Positions 40,980 through 51,009 of a stretch of 64,000 nt of DNA are shown piece after piece (within the stretch, counting starts at the first letter, position 1; each line of letters starts with the position of its first letter). The DNA comes from an uncultured delta proteobacterium (GTDB lineage: Bacteria > Desulfobacterota > Binatia > Binatales > Binataceae): NCBI GenBank assembly GCA_963808235.1, contig CAWEEQ010000004.1, positions 2,912,001-2,976,000 on the forward strand, written 5' to 3'. The position numbers and the translations under genes are program-made. The notes under the pieces were generated by a model. The model was not told the DNA's origin. It ran no database searches and saw nothing but the letters and a program-made list of their open reading frames with translations.

Positions 40980-41594
40980 ATGGAAGTAAATTCGAATCTG
41001 GTTAAGGAACTGCGCGAAAAGACCGGCGCCGGCGTGATGGATTGCAAGAAGGCGCTCGCCGACGCCGCCGGCGATCTCGAAAAGGCGGTCGCCGCGTTGC
41101 GCGAAAAGGGAATGGCGGCGGTGGCCGGCCGCGAGGACCGCGTCGCATCCGAAGGATCGGTCGGTTCGTATATACATGCGGGCGGAAAGATTGGGGTGCT
41201 GATCGAAGTCAATTGCGAAACCGACTTCTGCGCGAAATCCGAAGCGTTCCAGGCGCTGGTGAAGAACCTCGCGATGCAGGTGGTGGGGTCGAGTCCGCGC
41301 TGCGTCCGCCGCGAGGAGATTCCCCCCGCCGTCATCGAGCAGGAGCGCCAGATCTTCGCCTCGCAGGCCGAAGGCAAGCCGCCCGCGGTGGTCGCCAAGA
41401 TCGTCGAGGGCAAGCTCGAGAAGTTTTTCAAGGAATCGTGCCTGCTCGAGCAGCCCTACGTGAAGGATCCAAACAAGACGGTGAACGACTTGCTGGTCGA
41501 GGCCGCGCTCCAGATGCGCGAGAAAATAGCGGTGCGCCGATTCGCCCGCTTCCAGTTGGGCGAAGCGCTCGAGGCCAAGTCCGGACCGGCCTAG
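40980..41594 (+). CDS. tsf: Elongation factor Ts (short form)
   Basis: VKELREKTGAGVMDCKKAL, EVNCETDF, CLLEQPYVKD. Confidence 0.96.
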   Translation: MEVNSNLVKELREKTGAGVMDCKKALADAAGDLEKAVAALREKGMAAVAGREDRVASEGSVGSYIHAGGKIGVLIEVNCETDFCAKSEAFQALVKNLAMQVVGSSPRCVRREEIPPAVIEQERQIFASQAEGKPPAVVAKIVEGKLEKFFKESCLLEQPYVKDPNKTVNDLLVEAALQMREKIAVRRFARFQLGEALEAKSGPA

Positions 41595-41639
41595 AGATGG
41601 AAGCGGCGGAACCACCCCCCCACGCAATTGTTCCGCCCG

Positions 41640-41675
41640 CGCCGGGCGCGATTCCCTCAAGGGAAGGGGTTAGGT
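41640..41675 (+). repeat. Intergenic palindromic repeat, copy B
   Basis: CGCCGGGCGCGATTCCCTCAAGGGAAGGGGTTAGGT, directly before the pyrH start. Confidence 0.75.
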
Positions 41676-41677
41676 AA

Positions 41678-42421
41678 ATGGCTGATGTCCAAGCCGCCTC
41701 GAACGGGAAGCCGCGCTTCAGCCGTATCCTGCTGAAACTATCCGGAGAGGCGCTCGCCCCGGCTCAAGGCGCGGGACTCGACCTCGACGTGCTCGCCGAA
41801 ATCGCGCTCGAAATCAAGGAAGTTGCGGAGCTCGGAGTTCAGCTCGCCCTGGTGATCGGCGCCGGCAACTACATCCGCGGAATCGACTACGAAGGACGCG
41901 GGATGGATCGCTCGACCGCCGATCAGATGGGGATGCTGGCGACGGTTATCAACTCGCTTGCCCTGCAAAACGCGCTCGAGCACGTCGGTATCACGACCCG
42001 GGTCCTGTCCGCGATCGAGATGCAGGCGTTGTGCGAGCCATATATCCGCCGGCGCGCAGTCAGGCATCTCGAGAAAGGCCGCGTCGTGATCTTCGCCGCG
42101 GGCACCGGAAACCCGTACTTCACCACCGATACGGCCGCGAGCCTGCGCGCGATGGAAATCGGCGCCAAGGTAATCTTGAAGGCGAGCCACACCGTCGACG
42201 GGGTCTACGACCGCGATCCGGTTCGCGAACCAAACGCCAAACGCTTCGAACGCCTCACCTATATTGAGGTGTTGCAGAAGAATCTTAAGGTGATGGACTC
42301 GACGGCAATCTCGATGTGCATGGACAACCGGCTGCCGATCATCGTTTTTAATTTGCGCAAACCGGGTAATATAAGAAGGGCCGTGATGGGGGAGCCAATC
42401 GGAACCTGGGTGGAGAGCTGA
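41678..42421 (+). CDS. pyrH: UMP kinase
   Basis: [30 protein letters not shown]. Confidence 0.97.
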   Translation: MADVQAASNGKPRFSRILLKLSGEALAPAQGAGLDLDVLAEIALEIKEVAELGVQLALVIGAGNYIRGIDYEGRGMDRSTADQMGMLATVINSLALQNALEHVGITTRVLSAIEMQALCEPYIRRRAVRHLEKGRVVIFAAGTGNPYFTTDTAASLRAMEIGAKVILKASHTVDGVYDRDPVREPNAKRFERLTYIEVLQKNLKVMDSTAISMCMDNRLPIIVFNLRKPGNIRRAVMGEPIGTWVES

Positions 42422-42429
42422 TCGTGACT

Positions 42430-42987
42430 ATGCTCACCGAAACAATCGAAGGCGCGCGCAAGGAAATGGACAAGACGGTCGAGGCGTTCCGCCACGAGCT
42501 CGCGCGAGTCCGCACCGGCCGCGCATCGACCGCGCTGGTCGAACATCTCCAGGTAAACTACTACGGCTCGAAGACTCCGCTCCGCCAGCTCGCCGGCCTG
42601 TCGGCACCCGAGCCGCGGCTGATAGTGATCACGCCTTACGATAAAGGCGCGATGCATGACATCGAGAAGGCGATTTCAACTTCCGATCTCGGGCTGACGC
42701 CGATGAACGACGGCAAAATAATCCGGATTCCCATTCCGGAGCTTACCGAAGAGCGCCGCCGCGACCTGGTCAAGCACGTGAAAAAGATTGCCGAGGAGTT
42801 CCGCGTCGGCATCAGGAACCATCGCCGCGACGCCAACGACATGCTGAAGGAACTGCACAAGGACAAGCAGGCCACCGAAGACGAAATGCGCGCCGGAGAG
42901 GCCAAAGTGCAGCAGTTTACGACCGAATTCATCGAAAAAATTGACAAAGTGCTCGCTGGCAAAGAAGCCGAAATCATGGAGGTCTGA
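42430..42987 (+). CDS. frr: Ribosome recycling factor
   Basis: RTGRAS, YYGSKTPL, PELTEERR, RNHRRDAND. Confidence 0.96.
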   Translation: MLTETIEGARKEMDKTVEAFRHELARVRTGRASTALVEHLQVNYYGSKTPLRQLAGLSAPEPRLIVITPYDKGAMHDIEKAISTSDLGLTPMNDGKIIRIPIPELTEERRRDLVKHVKKIAEEFRVGIRNHRRDANDMLKELHKDKQATEDEMRAGEAKVQQFTTEFIEKIDKVLAGKEAEIMEV

Positions 42988-43131
42988 GCTCGTCCCGAAC
43001 CGCGGCGAATCGCGGTTTCGGCAAAAATATTTTTTGACGGATCGAAGCTACCCATAGAGCCTATCGGCCCAAAACCACAAGGGGTGGTATAAATTGCTCT
43101 TTTCGGCCCACTTCGACCGGTCAGAATTTGG

Positions 43132-43935
43132 ATGAAACCAGAACACCAAGTGGCAATCTCACTACCGCTAAACGACTTCCCAAATCTCTCTCTCGATCCG
43201 TCGCGGATGCCGCGTCATGTGGCCATCGTGATGGACGGTAACGGGCGCTGGGCCAAACGGCGCGGACTCTCCCGCCACGAGGGTCATCGCCGCGGCAAGG
43301 ATTCCGTCCGCGCGGTCGTCGACGCGGCTCGCGAGGTCGGCATCCCGTATCTCACCCTCTATGCGTTTTCGAGCGAGAACTGGGGACGGCCGACGACCGA
43401 AGTCAGCTTCCTGATGGGACTATTTCATCGCTATCTCATCACTGAGACCAAGCGCCTGATGAAGCGCGATATCCGCGTGGTGGCTCTGGGAGATACCGAG
43501 CGGCTGCCGCCGCGCGTGCGAGAGGCGCTCGCCAAAACTGTCGAGGCGACTCGCGGCAACACTGCGATGACGGTTGCGCTCGCGCTGTCCTACGGAGGAC
43601 GCCAGGATATCGTCAATGCGGCGCGAGCGATCGCGCGCGCAGTCGCCGACGGCGCGATCTCTCCCGATGAAATCGACGAGCAGCTCTTGGCGCGCGCACT
43701 CACCACCAGCGACCTTCCCGATCCCGATCTTTTGATTCGCACTTCTGGCGAGCTTCGCGTCTCGAACTTCTTTCTCTTCCAGCTCGCCTACACCGAGCTC
43801 TACTTCACCGACACCCTGTGGCCTGACTTCCGCGAGCGCGAGTTCTTAAGTGCGCTCGCCGCGTACCAACTTCGCGAGCGCCGCTTCGGCGCAGTCCCGA
43901 ACGGCACCGTCCAGCGCCTGCGTGCTCAGAACTAG
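43132..43935 (+). CDS. uppS: Isoprenyl transferase (undecaprenyl diphosphate synthase)
   Basis: HVAIVMDGNGRWA, YAFSSENW, IRTSGELRVSNF. Confidence 0.96.
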   Translation: MKPEHQVAISLPLNDFPNLSLDPSRMPRHVAIVMDGNGRWAKRRGLSRHEGHRRGKDSVRAVVDAAREVGIPYLTLYAFSSENWGRPTTEVSFLMGLFHRYLITETKRLMKRDIRVVALGDTERLPPRVREALAKTVEATRGNTAMTVALALSYGGRQDIVNAARAIARAVADGAISPDEIDEQLLARALTTSDLPDPDLLIRTSGELRVSNFFLFQLAYTELYFTDTLWPDFREREFLSALAAYQLRERRFGAVPNGTVQRLRAQN

Positions 43936-44707
43936 GATTCTGACCGCGGCGGTTCTCCTGCCCGCGGTCCTGGCCGCGATCGTCTTCACGCCCAACTGGT
44001 TCTTCACCGCGTTCATCGCCGCGCTTGGACTATTCGGTCTCTACGAGATCGCCGCGATGACCGGGACGCTGAAGCTCGTCGCAATCCCGCTCTACGCGGT
44101 GGTCGGCGGAGTGCCCCTCTTCGGACTCCTTTACGGTGACGACCCAGGATGGTGGCTGCCCGCGATCATCATCGTCGTGATGCTCGTGCTGGTCGCGCGA
44201 ATCGCGCTCGCCGGACGCGACGGCGCGCCGAGTGTGCCCGCTCTCGCCTTCACCGGCGCCGCCTATGTCGGCGCGCTGTTCCCCTACTTCGCGATGCTTC
44301 GCAACCGGCCCGGCGGCGTACAACTGGTTATCGTTGTTGTGCTGCTCGCCGTCGCGAGCGACAGCGGCGCGTACTTCATCGGGCGTCGTTTCGGACGGAC
44401 CAAGCTCGCCGAGAATGTAAGTCCGCAAAAGACAGTCGAAGGAGCACTAGGCGGAATGCTCGCGACGATCGCGGCAGGTATGATCCTGTTCTCGATGCTG
44501 GCGTTGCCGTGGCGCTTGGGCGCGGTGGTATTTTTTTCGGCTATGATTTCCTTATTCGCGCAACTGGGCGACCTCGCCGGTTCCGCACTCAAACGCGCGG
44601 CCGGAGTCAAGGACTCGGGATGGATTTTTCCGGGCCATGGCGGGCTGCTCGATCGAACATGTTCCCTAGTCTTCGCGATGGTTTTCACCTACTATTGGTC
44701 ACGTTGA
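43922..44707 (+). CDS. cdsA: Phosphatidate cytidylyltransferase
   Basis: SDSGAYFIGR, SPQKTVEG, GDLAGSALKR..GVKDSG...PGHGGLLDR; likely GTG start at VLRTRIL. Confidence 0.93.
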   Translation: MLRTRILTAAVLLPAVLAAIVFTPNWFFTAFIAALGLFGLYEIAAMTGTLKLVAIPLYAVVGGVPLFGLLYGDDPGWWLPAIIIVVMLVLVARIALAGRDGAPSVPALAFTGAAYVGALFPYFAMLRNRPGGVQLVIVVVLLAVASDSGAYFIGRRFGRTKLAENVSPQKTVEGALGGMLATIAAGMILFSMLALPWRLGAVVFFSAMISLFAQLGDLAGSALKRAAGVKDSGWIFPGHGGLLDRTCSLVFAMVFTYYWSR

Positions 44708-44781
44708 CGCGATCTCAGGGGCGGTGAAATAGTTTTCAAAATGCTTGGGCTGATCGCGGCCAGGAATCTCACCGGCAGGTC

Positions 44782-46128
44782 TTGATGATACACTCGATTG
44801 TTTCCTTTGCGCTCGTCTTCGCGGTTCTCGTGGTTGTGCATGAGGCCGGGCATTTCGCGATGGCGAAGAAGGTGGGAGTCCGCGTTCTCAGATTCTCGAT
44901 CGGCTACCCGCCAAGGCTATTCGGAATTCGGCGCGGTGAGACCGACTATGCTTTGGGCGCAGTTCCGTTCGGCGGCTACGTTCGGATGCTTGGCGACGAA
45001 GTCGGCGAAAATGCGAAGCCCGAAGAGCTCACCGTCTATCTGCACGAAGTCGGGCTCGATCTTATCGGCGCCGCGCGTGAGCATGGACCGATCCACACCG
45101 GGTTGGAATTCGACGATGGGTTGCGCGCGATTGCGGATCGACTCGCGACGGCCAGTCCCGCAAGCGTAATCGGGCGCGACATCAAACCCGATGAAGCGCT
45201 CCTGGTAAACGAACTCCGCCATCAAGCCAAAGTTGAAGACGTAATTAAATCGCTCGCCGAGAAACCTCCGGCGGCGCTCCTGGAATCGTTCCGGCAGCGC
45301 GCGTTCCCGACCCAGTCACTTGGCAAGCGGGTGCTGATAGTGCTCGCCGGCCCGCTTGCGAATCTCCTGTTCGCGCCCGTGCTGCTCACCTTGGTTTTCA
45401 TGACGGGCGTGCCCCAGCTTTTACCGGTAGTCGGTAAGGCCACTAAAGATCTTCCCGCGGCAAAGGCCGGACTTCTCGCCGGCGACCGGATTTTATCGGT
45501 CAACGGTCAGCCGGTGGAATCGTGGGATGATTTCTCGCGGACGATCAAGGCTGGCGACGGTTCCCCGATCAAGCTCGAGGTCACCCGGACGCAGGCCGGT
45601 TCGAGCCAGCCCACGACGGTACTGATAACGCCGACCCGGCTCGATCAAAAGACAGTCTACGGCACCAGCGCGACGACCTGGGTTATCGGCGTTCAGCCGC
45701 GCGGCGATGAGATAACGAAGCACTACGGCCCATTCGGCGCGGTCAAAGAAGCCTGCACGACCGCGGTCGAAATGACCTCTCAGATGGTGCTTGGTATCGC
45801 CAGCATCGTAGCCGGCTCGGTTCCGGTTAAAGATGCGCTCGGCGGGCCGATCATGATCGCGCAGATGGCGGGTAAGGAAGCGCACGAGGGGTTTGCGAGC
45901 CTCGCGATGTTTACCGTAATGCTCAGCCTGAATCTTGGTATAGTAAATCTGTTGCCGGTGCCGCTGCTCGACGGAGGGCATCTGCTGTTCTTTGCTTTCG
46001 AAGGTGTGCGCGGGAAGCCGCTGGAACTTCGCTATCGGGAGATGATGCTCCAGGTGGGTTTATTTTTGCTAGTGGCGCTGATGGCGTTTCTGATTTTCAA
46101 TGACATCTCGCGTGTTGTGCAGGGTTAA
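44782..46128 (+). CDS. rseP: RIP metalloprotease RseP
   Basis: HEAGH, GGYVRM, AGPLAN, PDZ domain, NLLPVPLLDGGH. Confidence 0.95.
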   Translation: MMIHSIVSFALVFAVLVVVHEAGHFAMAKKVGVRVLRFSIGYPPRLFGIRRGETDYALGAVPFGGYVRMLGDEVGENAKPEELTVYLHEVGLDLIGAAREHGPIHTGLEFDDGLRAIADRLATASPASVIGRDIKPDEALLVNELRHQAKVEDVIKSLAEKPPAALLESFRQRAFPTQSLGKRVLIVLAGPLANLLFAPVLLTLVFMTGVPQLLPVVGKATKDLPAAKAGLLAGDRILSVNGQPVESWDDFSRTIKAGDGSPIKLEVTRTQAGSSQPTTVLITPTRLDQKTVYGTSATTWVIGVQPRGDEITKHYGPFGAVKEACTTAVEMTSQMVLGIASIVAGSVPVKDALGGPIMIAQMAGKEAHEGFASLAMFTVMLSLNLGIVNLLPVPLLDGGHLLFFAFEGVRGKPLELRYREMMLQVGLFLLVALMAFLIFNDISRVVQG

Positions 46129-46927
46129 CCGGCTGCTCGAGCAAGCGGCCGCGACGGGCCCGGTCCTGGGACTCGATACCTCCACTCAAATCGCAAGCCT
46201 CGCGATTGTTGCCGGCGGCCGGGTGGCCGGCTCGCGATCGCTCGCCCGTCCCCTGAGCTCGCACGCATCGTCGCTGCCCGGCGTCGTCGATGAACTCTTA
46301 TCGGTGTCGGGCTTGAAGATTCGCGACCTCAAAGCGATCGCGGTTGGAATCGGCCCTGGCTCGTTCACCGGTCTTCGTATCGGCCTCAGCTATGCCAAGG
46401 GAATCGCGATGGCGTCGGGGTGCGCGACGCTCGGCGTGCCCGGGTTTGACGCGATGGCGTTAACTGCGCTCGAGCGCGACAATATCGACTGCGGCCGGCT
46501 GGTCGCCGTCGTTGTGGATGCCCGCAAGGGCGAAGTCTACGCGGCCCTTTACCGGGTCGTGAAAGATGGGCTAGAGAAATTAACAGAGGAGCTGGTAGTC
46601 ACGCTCGAACACTTGGCATCGCGCATCACCGAGGACGTAACGTTCATTGGTGATTCAGGAGCGAAGGATGCGGCGGCCTTGATCGGCAAGCGGGGCCATA
46701 TGGTGGCGGTTTTCGAAACAGGAACGCTCGATTTGCGCGGAGTCTCGATCGCGGCGATTGGCGCCGCGCGGTTCGCCCGTGGCGAAATTGATCCGGCGGC
46801 TCTACTCGAGCCGCTCTACATCAGAACGCCGGACGCAACTTTCAAGCCCAACTTGAAGGGTCCGGCGCTCACTAGCACGGAGGGCGTATGGAGCATCGAG
46901 AGGAAGAACTCATTCGGCAGCATCTGA
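46100..46927 (+). CDS. tsaB: tRNA threonylcarbamoyladenosine biosynthesis protein TsaB
   Basis: LGLDTS, GPGSFTGLRIG, DARKGEVY, EPLYIR; start uncertain. Confidence 0.92.
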   Translation: MTSRVLCRVNRLLEQAAATGPVLGLDTSTQIASLAIVAGGRVAGSRSLARPLSSHASSLPGVVDELLSVSGLKIRDLKAIAVGIGPGSFTGLRIGLSYAKGIAMASGCATLGVPGFDAMALTALERDNIDCGRLVAVVVDARKGEVYAALYRVVKDGLEKLTEELVVTLEHLASRITEDVTFIGDSGAKDAAALIGKRGHMVAVFETGTLDLRGVSIAAIGAARFARGEIDPAALLEPLYIRTPDATFKPNLKGPALTSTEGVWSIERKNSFGSI

Positions 46928-47118
46928 CCCACGACGAGGATTTGAGGGCCCTCTACGTCGAGCACCAGGAGCTCAAACGCAAGCTCGAAACCTTTAGAAG
47001 TAAACACTACCTGACCAACGAAGAGGAAATCGAAGAAAAACGAATCCAGAAGCTCAAGCTGGCCTCGAAAGATCGCATGATGGCGATCCTCGGGCGCTAT
47101 CAGCACGAGGCCCGCTGA
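46888..47118 (+). CDS. DUF465/YdcH-family coiled-coil protein
   Basis: EHQEL...YLT.EEE.E.KRIQKLKLASKDRM; GGAGG RBS. Confidence 0.8.
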   Translation: MEHREEELIRQHLTHDEDLRALYVEHQELKRKLETFRSKHYLTNEEEIEEKRIQKLKLASKDRMMAILGRYQHEAR

Positions 47119-47155
47119 ACCACGGTCCCGGCCATGAGCGCGCGCACTCCACCGC

Positions 47156-47689
47156 ATGACAAGTCACACAATATCGGTCCTGGTAGAAAACGAATTCGGC
47201 GTGCTCGCGCGCGTGGCCGGGCTTTTTTCCGGCCGCGGATATAACATCGAGTCCCTCACCGTCAACGAGGATCCCCTCGACCCGACGGTGTCGAGAATCG
47301 TGTTGGTCACCAGCGGTGACGACCAGATCGTCGAGCAGATCAACAAGCAGCTCAACAAGCTGGTCTCGGTAATCAAAATTACGGACTTCAAGGACGTCGA
47401 GACGATCGACCGCGAGATGGTCATCGTAAAGGTCGCGGTCGACGAGCGCACCCGCTCGGAACTCGACTCGATCGTGACCGCGTTTCGCGCCCACGTGATC
47501 GATATCGGTCCTCGCGCGATCGCCGTCGAGCTGACCGGCGACTCGGAAAAGATCAAGGCGTTCATCTCGATCGTGCGGCCGCTCGGAATCAAGGAAGTGG
47601 TGCGCTCGGGCAAGGTCGCGATGGCGCGCGCGGTCCAGCCGAACACCGACAACAACAATAATGGCCGCCGTAAGCGCGACGCGGAATAA
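47156..47689 (+). CDS. ilvN: Acetolactate synthase small subunit
   Basis: HTISVLVENEFGVLARVAGLFSGRGYNIESL, EQINKQLNKL. Confidence 0.95.
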   Translation: MTSHTISVLVENEFGVLARVAGLFSGRGYNIESLTVNEDPLDPTVSRIVLVTSGDDQIVEQINKQLNKLVSVIKITDFKDVETIDREMVIVKVAVDERTRSELDSIVTAFRAHVIDIGPRAIAVELTGDSEKIKAFISIVRPLGIKEVVRSGKVAMARAVQPNTDNNNNGRRKRDAE

Positions 47690-47722
47690 TCTCAGCGCAG
47701 AACAACTCGGGAGAACATCGAA

Positions 47723-48739
47723 ATGAAGGTTTTTTACGACCGCGACGCGGACTTGTCCGCGCTCAAGGGAAAGAAGATCGCGGTCATTGGCTTTGGAAGC
47801 CAGGGCCATGCGCATGCGCTCAATCTGCGCGACAGCGGGATGGACGTATGCGTCGGGCTCGGCAAGACTTCCGCCTCGCGCGAAAAGGCAACTAAGCAGG
47901 GTCTCAAGGTCTTCGATACCGCCGACGCCGCAAAGCATGCCGACGTGATCATGATCCTGGTGCCCGACGAAATGGGCTCGGAGATTTACGACGCGGAGAT
48001 CAAGCCGCATTTGACCAAGGGCAAGTATCTCGCCTTCGGCCACGGCTTCAATATCCATTTCAAATTCATCAAGCCGCCGGCCGACGTGAACGTCTTCATG
48101 ATCGCGCCCAAGGGACCGGGCCACCTGGTCCGCTCCGAGTACGTTAAGGGGCGCGGCGTTCCGTGCCTGCTCGCGGTGCAGCAGGATCCCTCCGGCGACA
48201 CCGCCAAGGTCGGGCTTGCGTACGGAAGCGCGATCGGCGGCGGACGCGCGGCGATTATCGAAACGAGCTTCAAGGAAGAAACCGAAACCGACCTGTTCGG
48301 CGAGCAGTCGGTCCTGTGCGGAGGCCTTACCGAACTGATTCGCGCCGGCTACGAGACGCTGGTCGAAGCCGGCTACGCGCCCGAGATGGCTTACTTCGAA
48401 TGCCTGCATGAAGTGAAGCTGATCGTGGACCTGATCTACGAGGGCGGAATCTCCAACATGCGCTACTCGATCAGCAACACCGCCGAGTACGGCGACATGA
48501 CGCGCGGCAGCAAGGTGGTCGGCAAGGAGTCGCGTGAAGCGATGAAAAAGATCCTCGCCGACATCCAGTCGGGCAAGTTCGCCAACGAATGGATCGGCGA
48601 CTACAAGGCCGGGCTCCCGAGTTTCCGCGAGCATCGCAAGGAAGCCCAAAACCATCCGATCGAGGAAGTCGGCCGCAAGCTGCGCGCCTTCATGCCCTGG
48701 CTAGCCAGCGACCGCCTGGTCGACAAGTCGAAGAACTAG
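47723..48739 (+). CDS. ilvC: Ketol-acid reductoisomerase
   Basis: [39 protein letters not shown]. Confidence 0.97.
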   Translation: MKVFYDRDADLSALKGKKIAVIGFGSQGHAHALNLRDSGMDVCVGLGKTSASREKATKQGLKVFDTADAAKHADVIMILVPDEMGSEIYDAEIKPHLTKGKYLAFGHGFNIHFKFIKPPADVNVFMIAPKGPGHLVRSEYVKGRGVPCLLAVQQDPSGDTAKVGLAYGSAIGGGRAAIIETSFKEETETDLFGEQSVLCGGLTELIRAGYETLVEAGYAPEMAYFECLHEVKLIVDLIYEGGISNMRYSISNTAEYGDMTRGSKVVGKESREAMKKILADIQSGKFANEWIGDYKAGLPSFREHRKEAQNHPIEEVGRKLRAFMPWLASDRLVDKSKN

Positions 48740-48811
48740 GCGGCTGTTAAAATAGTGGCCCGGTGGACGGACCTCTTCCGCTGATGTACACTTGTGCATA
48801 TTCGGACCGGC

Positions 48812-49084
48812 GTGGATTTTGAATGGGACGAGCGGAAGGCGCGGACGAATCTTCGCAGGCACCGGGTCGACTTCGCCGACGCAGCCACGGTTTTCGAGGA
48901 TGATCGCGCCGTGACGGTCGCTGACGAGGACTCGGATGAAGAACGCTACTCAACGATAGGCTTGGACGCGCTCGGCAGGGGGTTGGTCGTGATTTACACC
49001 GTGCGTGGCAAGCGGATTAGGATCATCTCCGCGCGACGAGCCACGCGGCGCGAGCGCGCGGAGTACGAGAAACGTGATTTATGA
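48812..49084 (+). CDS. BrnT family toxin (DUF497)
   Basis: FEWDERK..NL..H.VDF, EERY..IG, RIISARRATRRE. Confidence 0.9.
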   Translation: MDFEWDERKARTNLRRHRVDFADAATVFEDDRAVTVADEDSDEERYSTIGLDALGRGLVVIYTVRGKRIRIISARRATRRERAEYEKRDL

Positions 49085-49362
49085 AACGCGAATACGATTT
49101 CAGCAAGGGCAGGCGTGGTCCCGTGGTGCCACTCGAGCTGGGCAAGACCAGGATCACAATCCGGCTGGACAACAAAGTTCTCGATCACTTCCGCAAGCGC
49201 GTCCATGAAATGGGCGGTGGCAACTATCAGACCCTCATCAACGACGCGCTTCGCGAGCACATCCGACGCGGCGGCATCGAGGCGGCAGTTCGTCGCGCCG
49301 TGCGCGAGGAGTTGAAGGACGCGGGCCTCAAACGCGCCGCAGGCAATGGCGGGCGAGACTGA
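49081..49362 (+). CDS. BrnA family antitoxin
   Basis: EYDFSKG, KTRITIRLD..VLDHF, NYQTLINDALR; coupled to the toxin gene. Confidence 0.9.
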   Translation: MKREYDFSKGRRGPVVPLELGKTRITIRLDNKVLDHFRKRVHEMGGGNYQTLINDALREHIRRGGIEAAVRRAVREELKDAGLKRAAGNGGRD

Positions 49363-50045
49363 TAGTGGACGCCCTCAGCCGGGCGCCGTGATTGGGCGAA
49401 TCGCGCGCGCGATCGGAATCGCTGCGGAAGGCGCGATGCTGTCGTTAGGATTGGCCGCTGCCGGAATCGTCCTCATCGTGCTCGGGCTGAAGATCGTCGG
49501 CGCGATCGTTGTCCTGATCGCGTTGCCAATAGCGCTCTTCTTTCGCGATCCGGATCGCTTCCCCACCAAAACCGAAAATGTCGTGATTTCCGGCGCTGAC
49601 GGCAAAGTCACCGACGTCTCCGAGGTGCCGTTTCCCGGCGGAACCGGCCAACTCTACCATCGCGTGTCGGTCTTCATGTCGCCGCTCAACGTTCACGTCA
49701 ATCGCGCCCCGGTCGGCGGCGAAGTCACGATGGTCGAGCACACGGCGGGCGAGTTCCGCGCCGCGTTTCGCGACGACGCGAGCGAGCACAACGAGCGCAA
49801 TATGATTGCGATGACCGACGCCCAGGGACGCATCTTCGCGATGATCCAGGTCGCCGGATACCTCGCGCGGCGGATCATATGCCGGCTGCGCGCCCATGAT
49901 AGAATACAAGCCAGGGCAGCGGATCGGCCTGATCATGTTCGGAAGCCGGGTGGATCATTTCTTCCCGTCCGAATATCGGGTCACGGTCGCAGCCGGTCAA
50001 CGGGTCCGCGCCGGAGTGACGATTATCGGAGACGTCGAGCAATGA
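49346..50045 (+). CDS. psd: Phosphatidylserine decarboxylase, apparent frameshift near 49913
   Basis: FFRDPDR, SVFMSPLNVHVNR, QVAGYLARRI; after the shift, GQRIGLIMFGSRVD (GS cleavage site). Confidence 0.88.
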
Positions 50046-50979
50046 GCCGCAATTCACGCCGCTCGCGCGAAGAACGCGCACGGATGGAAATGATCACGGG
50101 CGAGGTCGCGAGCAGGGACGCGCACCAGAACCGTTCCGCAAACCGGACAGCGCGATTCGCCGCGGCGTCTACCTGGTTCCCGCCACGATCACGTCGATCG
50201 GCCTGCTCTCGGGCTTCTACTCGATGGTCTCCGCGGTGACGGGCCACTTCGAGGTGGCGGCGGTGATGATCATCATCGCGTTCGTGTGCGACGGCCTCGA
50301 CGGTCGCATCGCGCGCGCGTCGCGCACCTCGAGCCAGTTCGGCGTCGAGTACGACAGCCTGTCCGACGTGGTCGCGTTCGGCGTGGCGCCGGCGATGCTC
50401 GCATTCTCGTGGGCGCTCAAGCCAATAGGCTCGCTCGGAATCGGCGTGGCCGGACTCTTCGTGCTGTGCGCTGCGCTGCGATTGGCGCGCTTCAACGTCC
50501 AGACCGCGAGCGCGGACAAGAGCCGCTTCGTTGGATTGCCGGTGCCAGGCGCGGCAATCATGATCTCCGGACTCTCGCTCGCATATAGCTACTTCGAGCT
50601 CGATTCGCCGCGCACGCTATGCACCCTGATGGTGCCGATCACTCTCGCACTCGGCGGCCTGATGATCTCGCGGGTACCCTACCCCAGCTTCAAAACGATC
50701 AAACTCGAAAAGCGCGCTCAGGTCGAAGTGGTGATCGCGATGATGGTGTCCGTGGCAATGCTGGTCGTCATGTTCCATCTCACCGCCTTCCTGCTCTCGA
50801 CCGCTTATGTGCTCTCGGGGCCCGCGTTGATGCTGCGTGGCGAACAGATGAGCGCCAAGGTCCCGGTGCTGCGTCCGGTCGCTGCGGCAAAACCGCAAGA
50901 CGCAAATGGCAGTGCGCCCGGCGCCGCCGCTGCTCGACGCACCGGCAGCCTGCGCGAGCATCCACCGGAGCATCGATAG
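50042..50979 (+). CDS. pssA: CDP-diacylglycerol-serine O-phosphatidyltransferase, apparent frameshift in the 5' part
   Basis: RRGVYLVP..IT, DGLDGRIAR....SSQFGVEYDSLSD, LRLARFN, FVGLPVP. Confidence 0.9.
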
Positions 50980-51009
50980 AATCGCGCTCGGTTTGGGGGG
51001 ACTGACGTA

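Noticed and set aside
40980-41594. EF-Ts appears truncated (204 aa)
   Set aside because: Short EF-Ts is a known normal form in several lineages, and both ends look intact.
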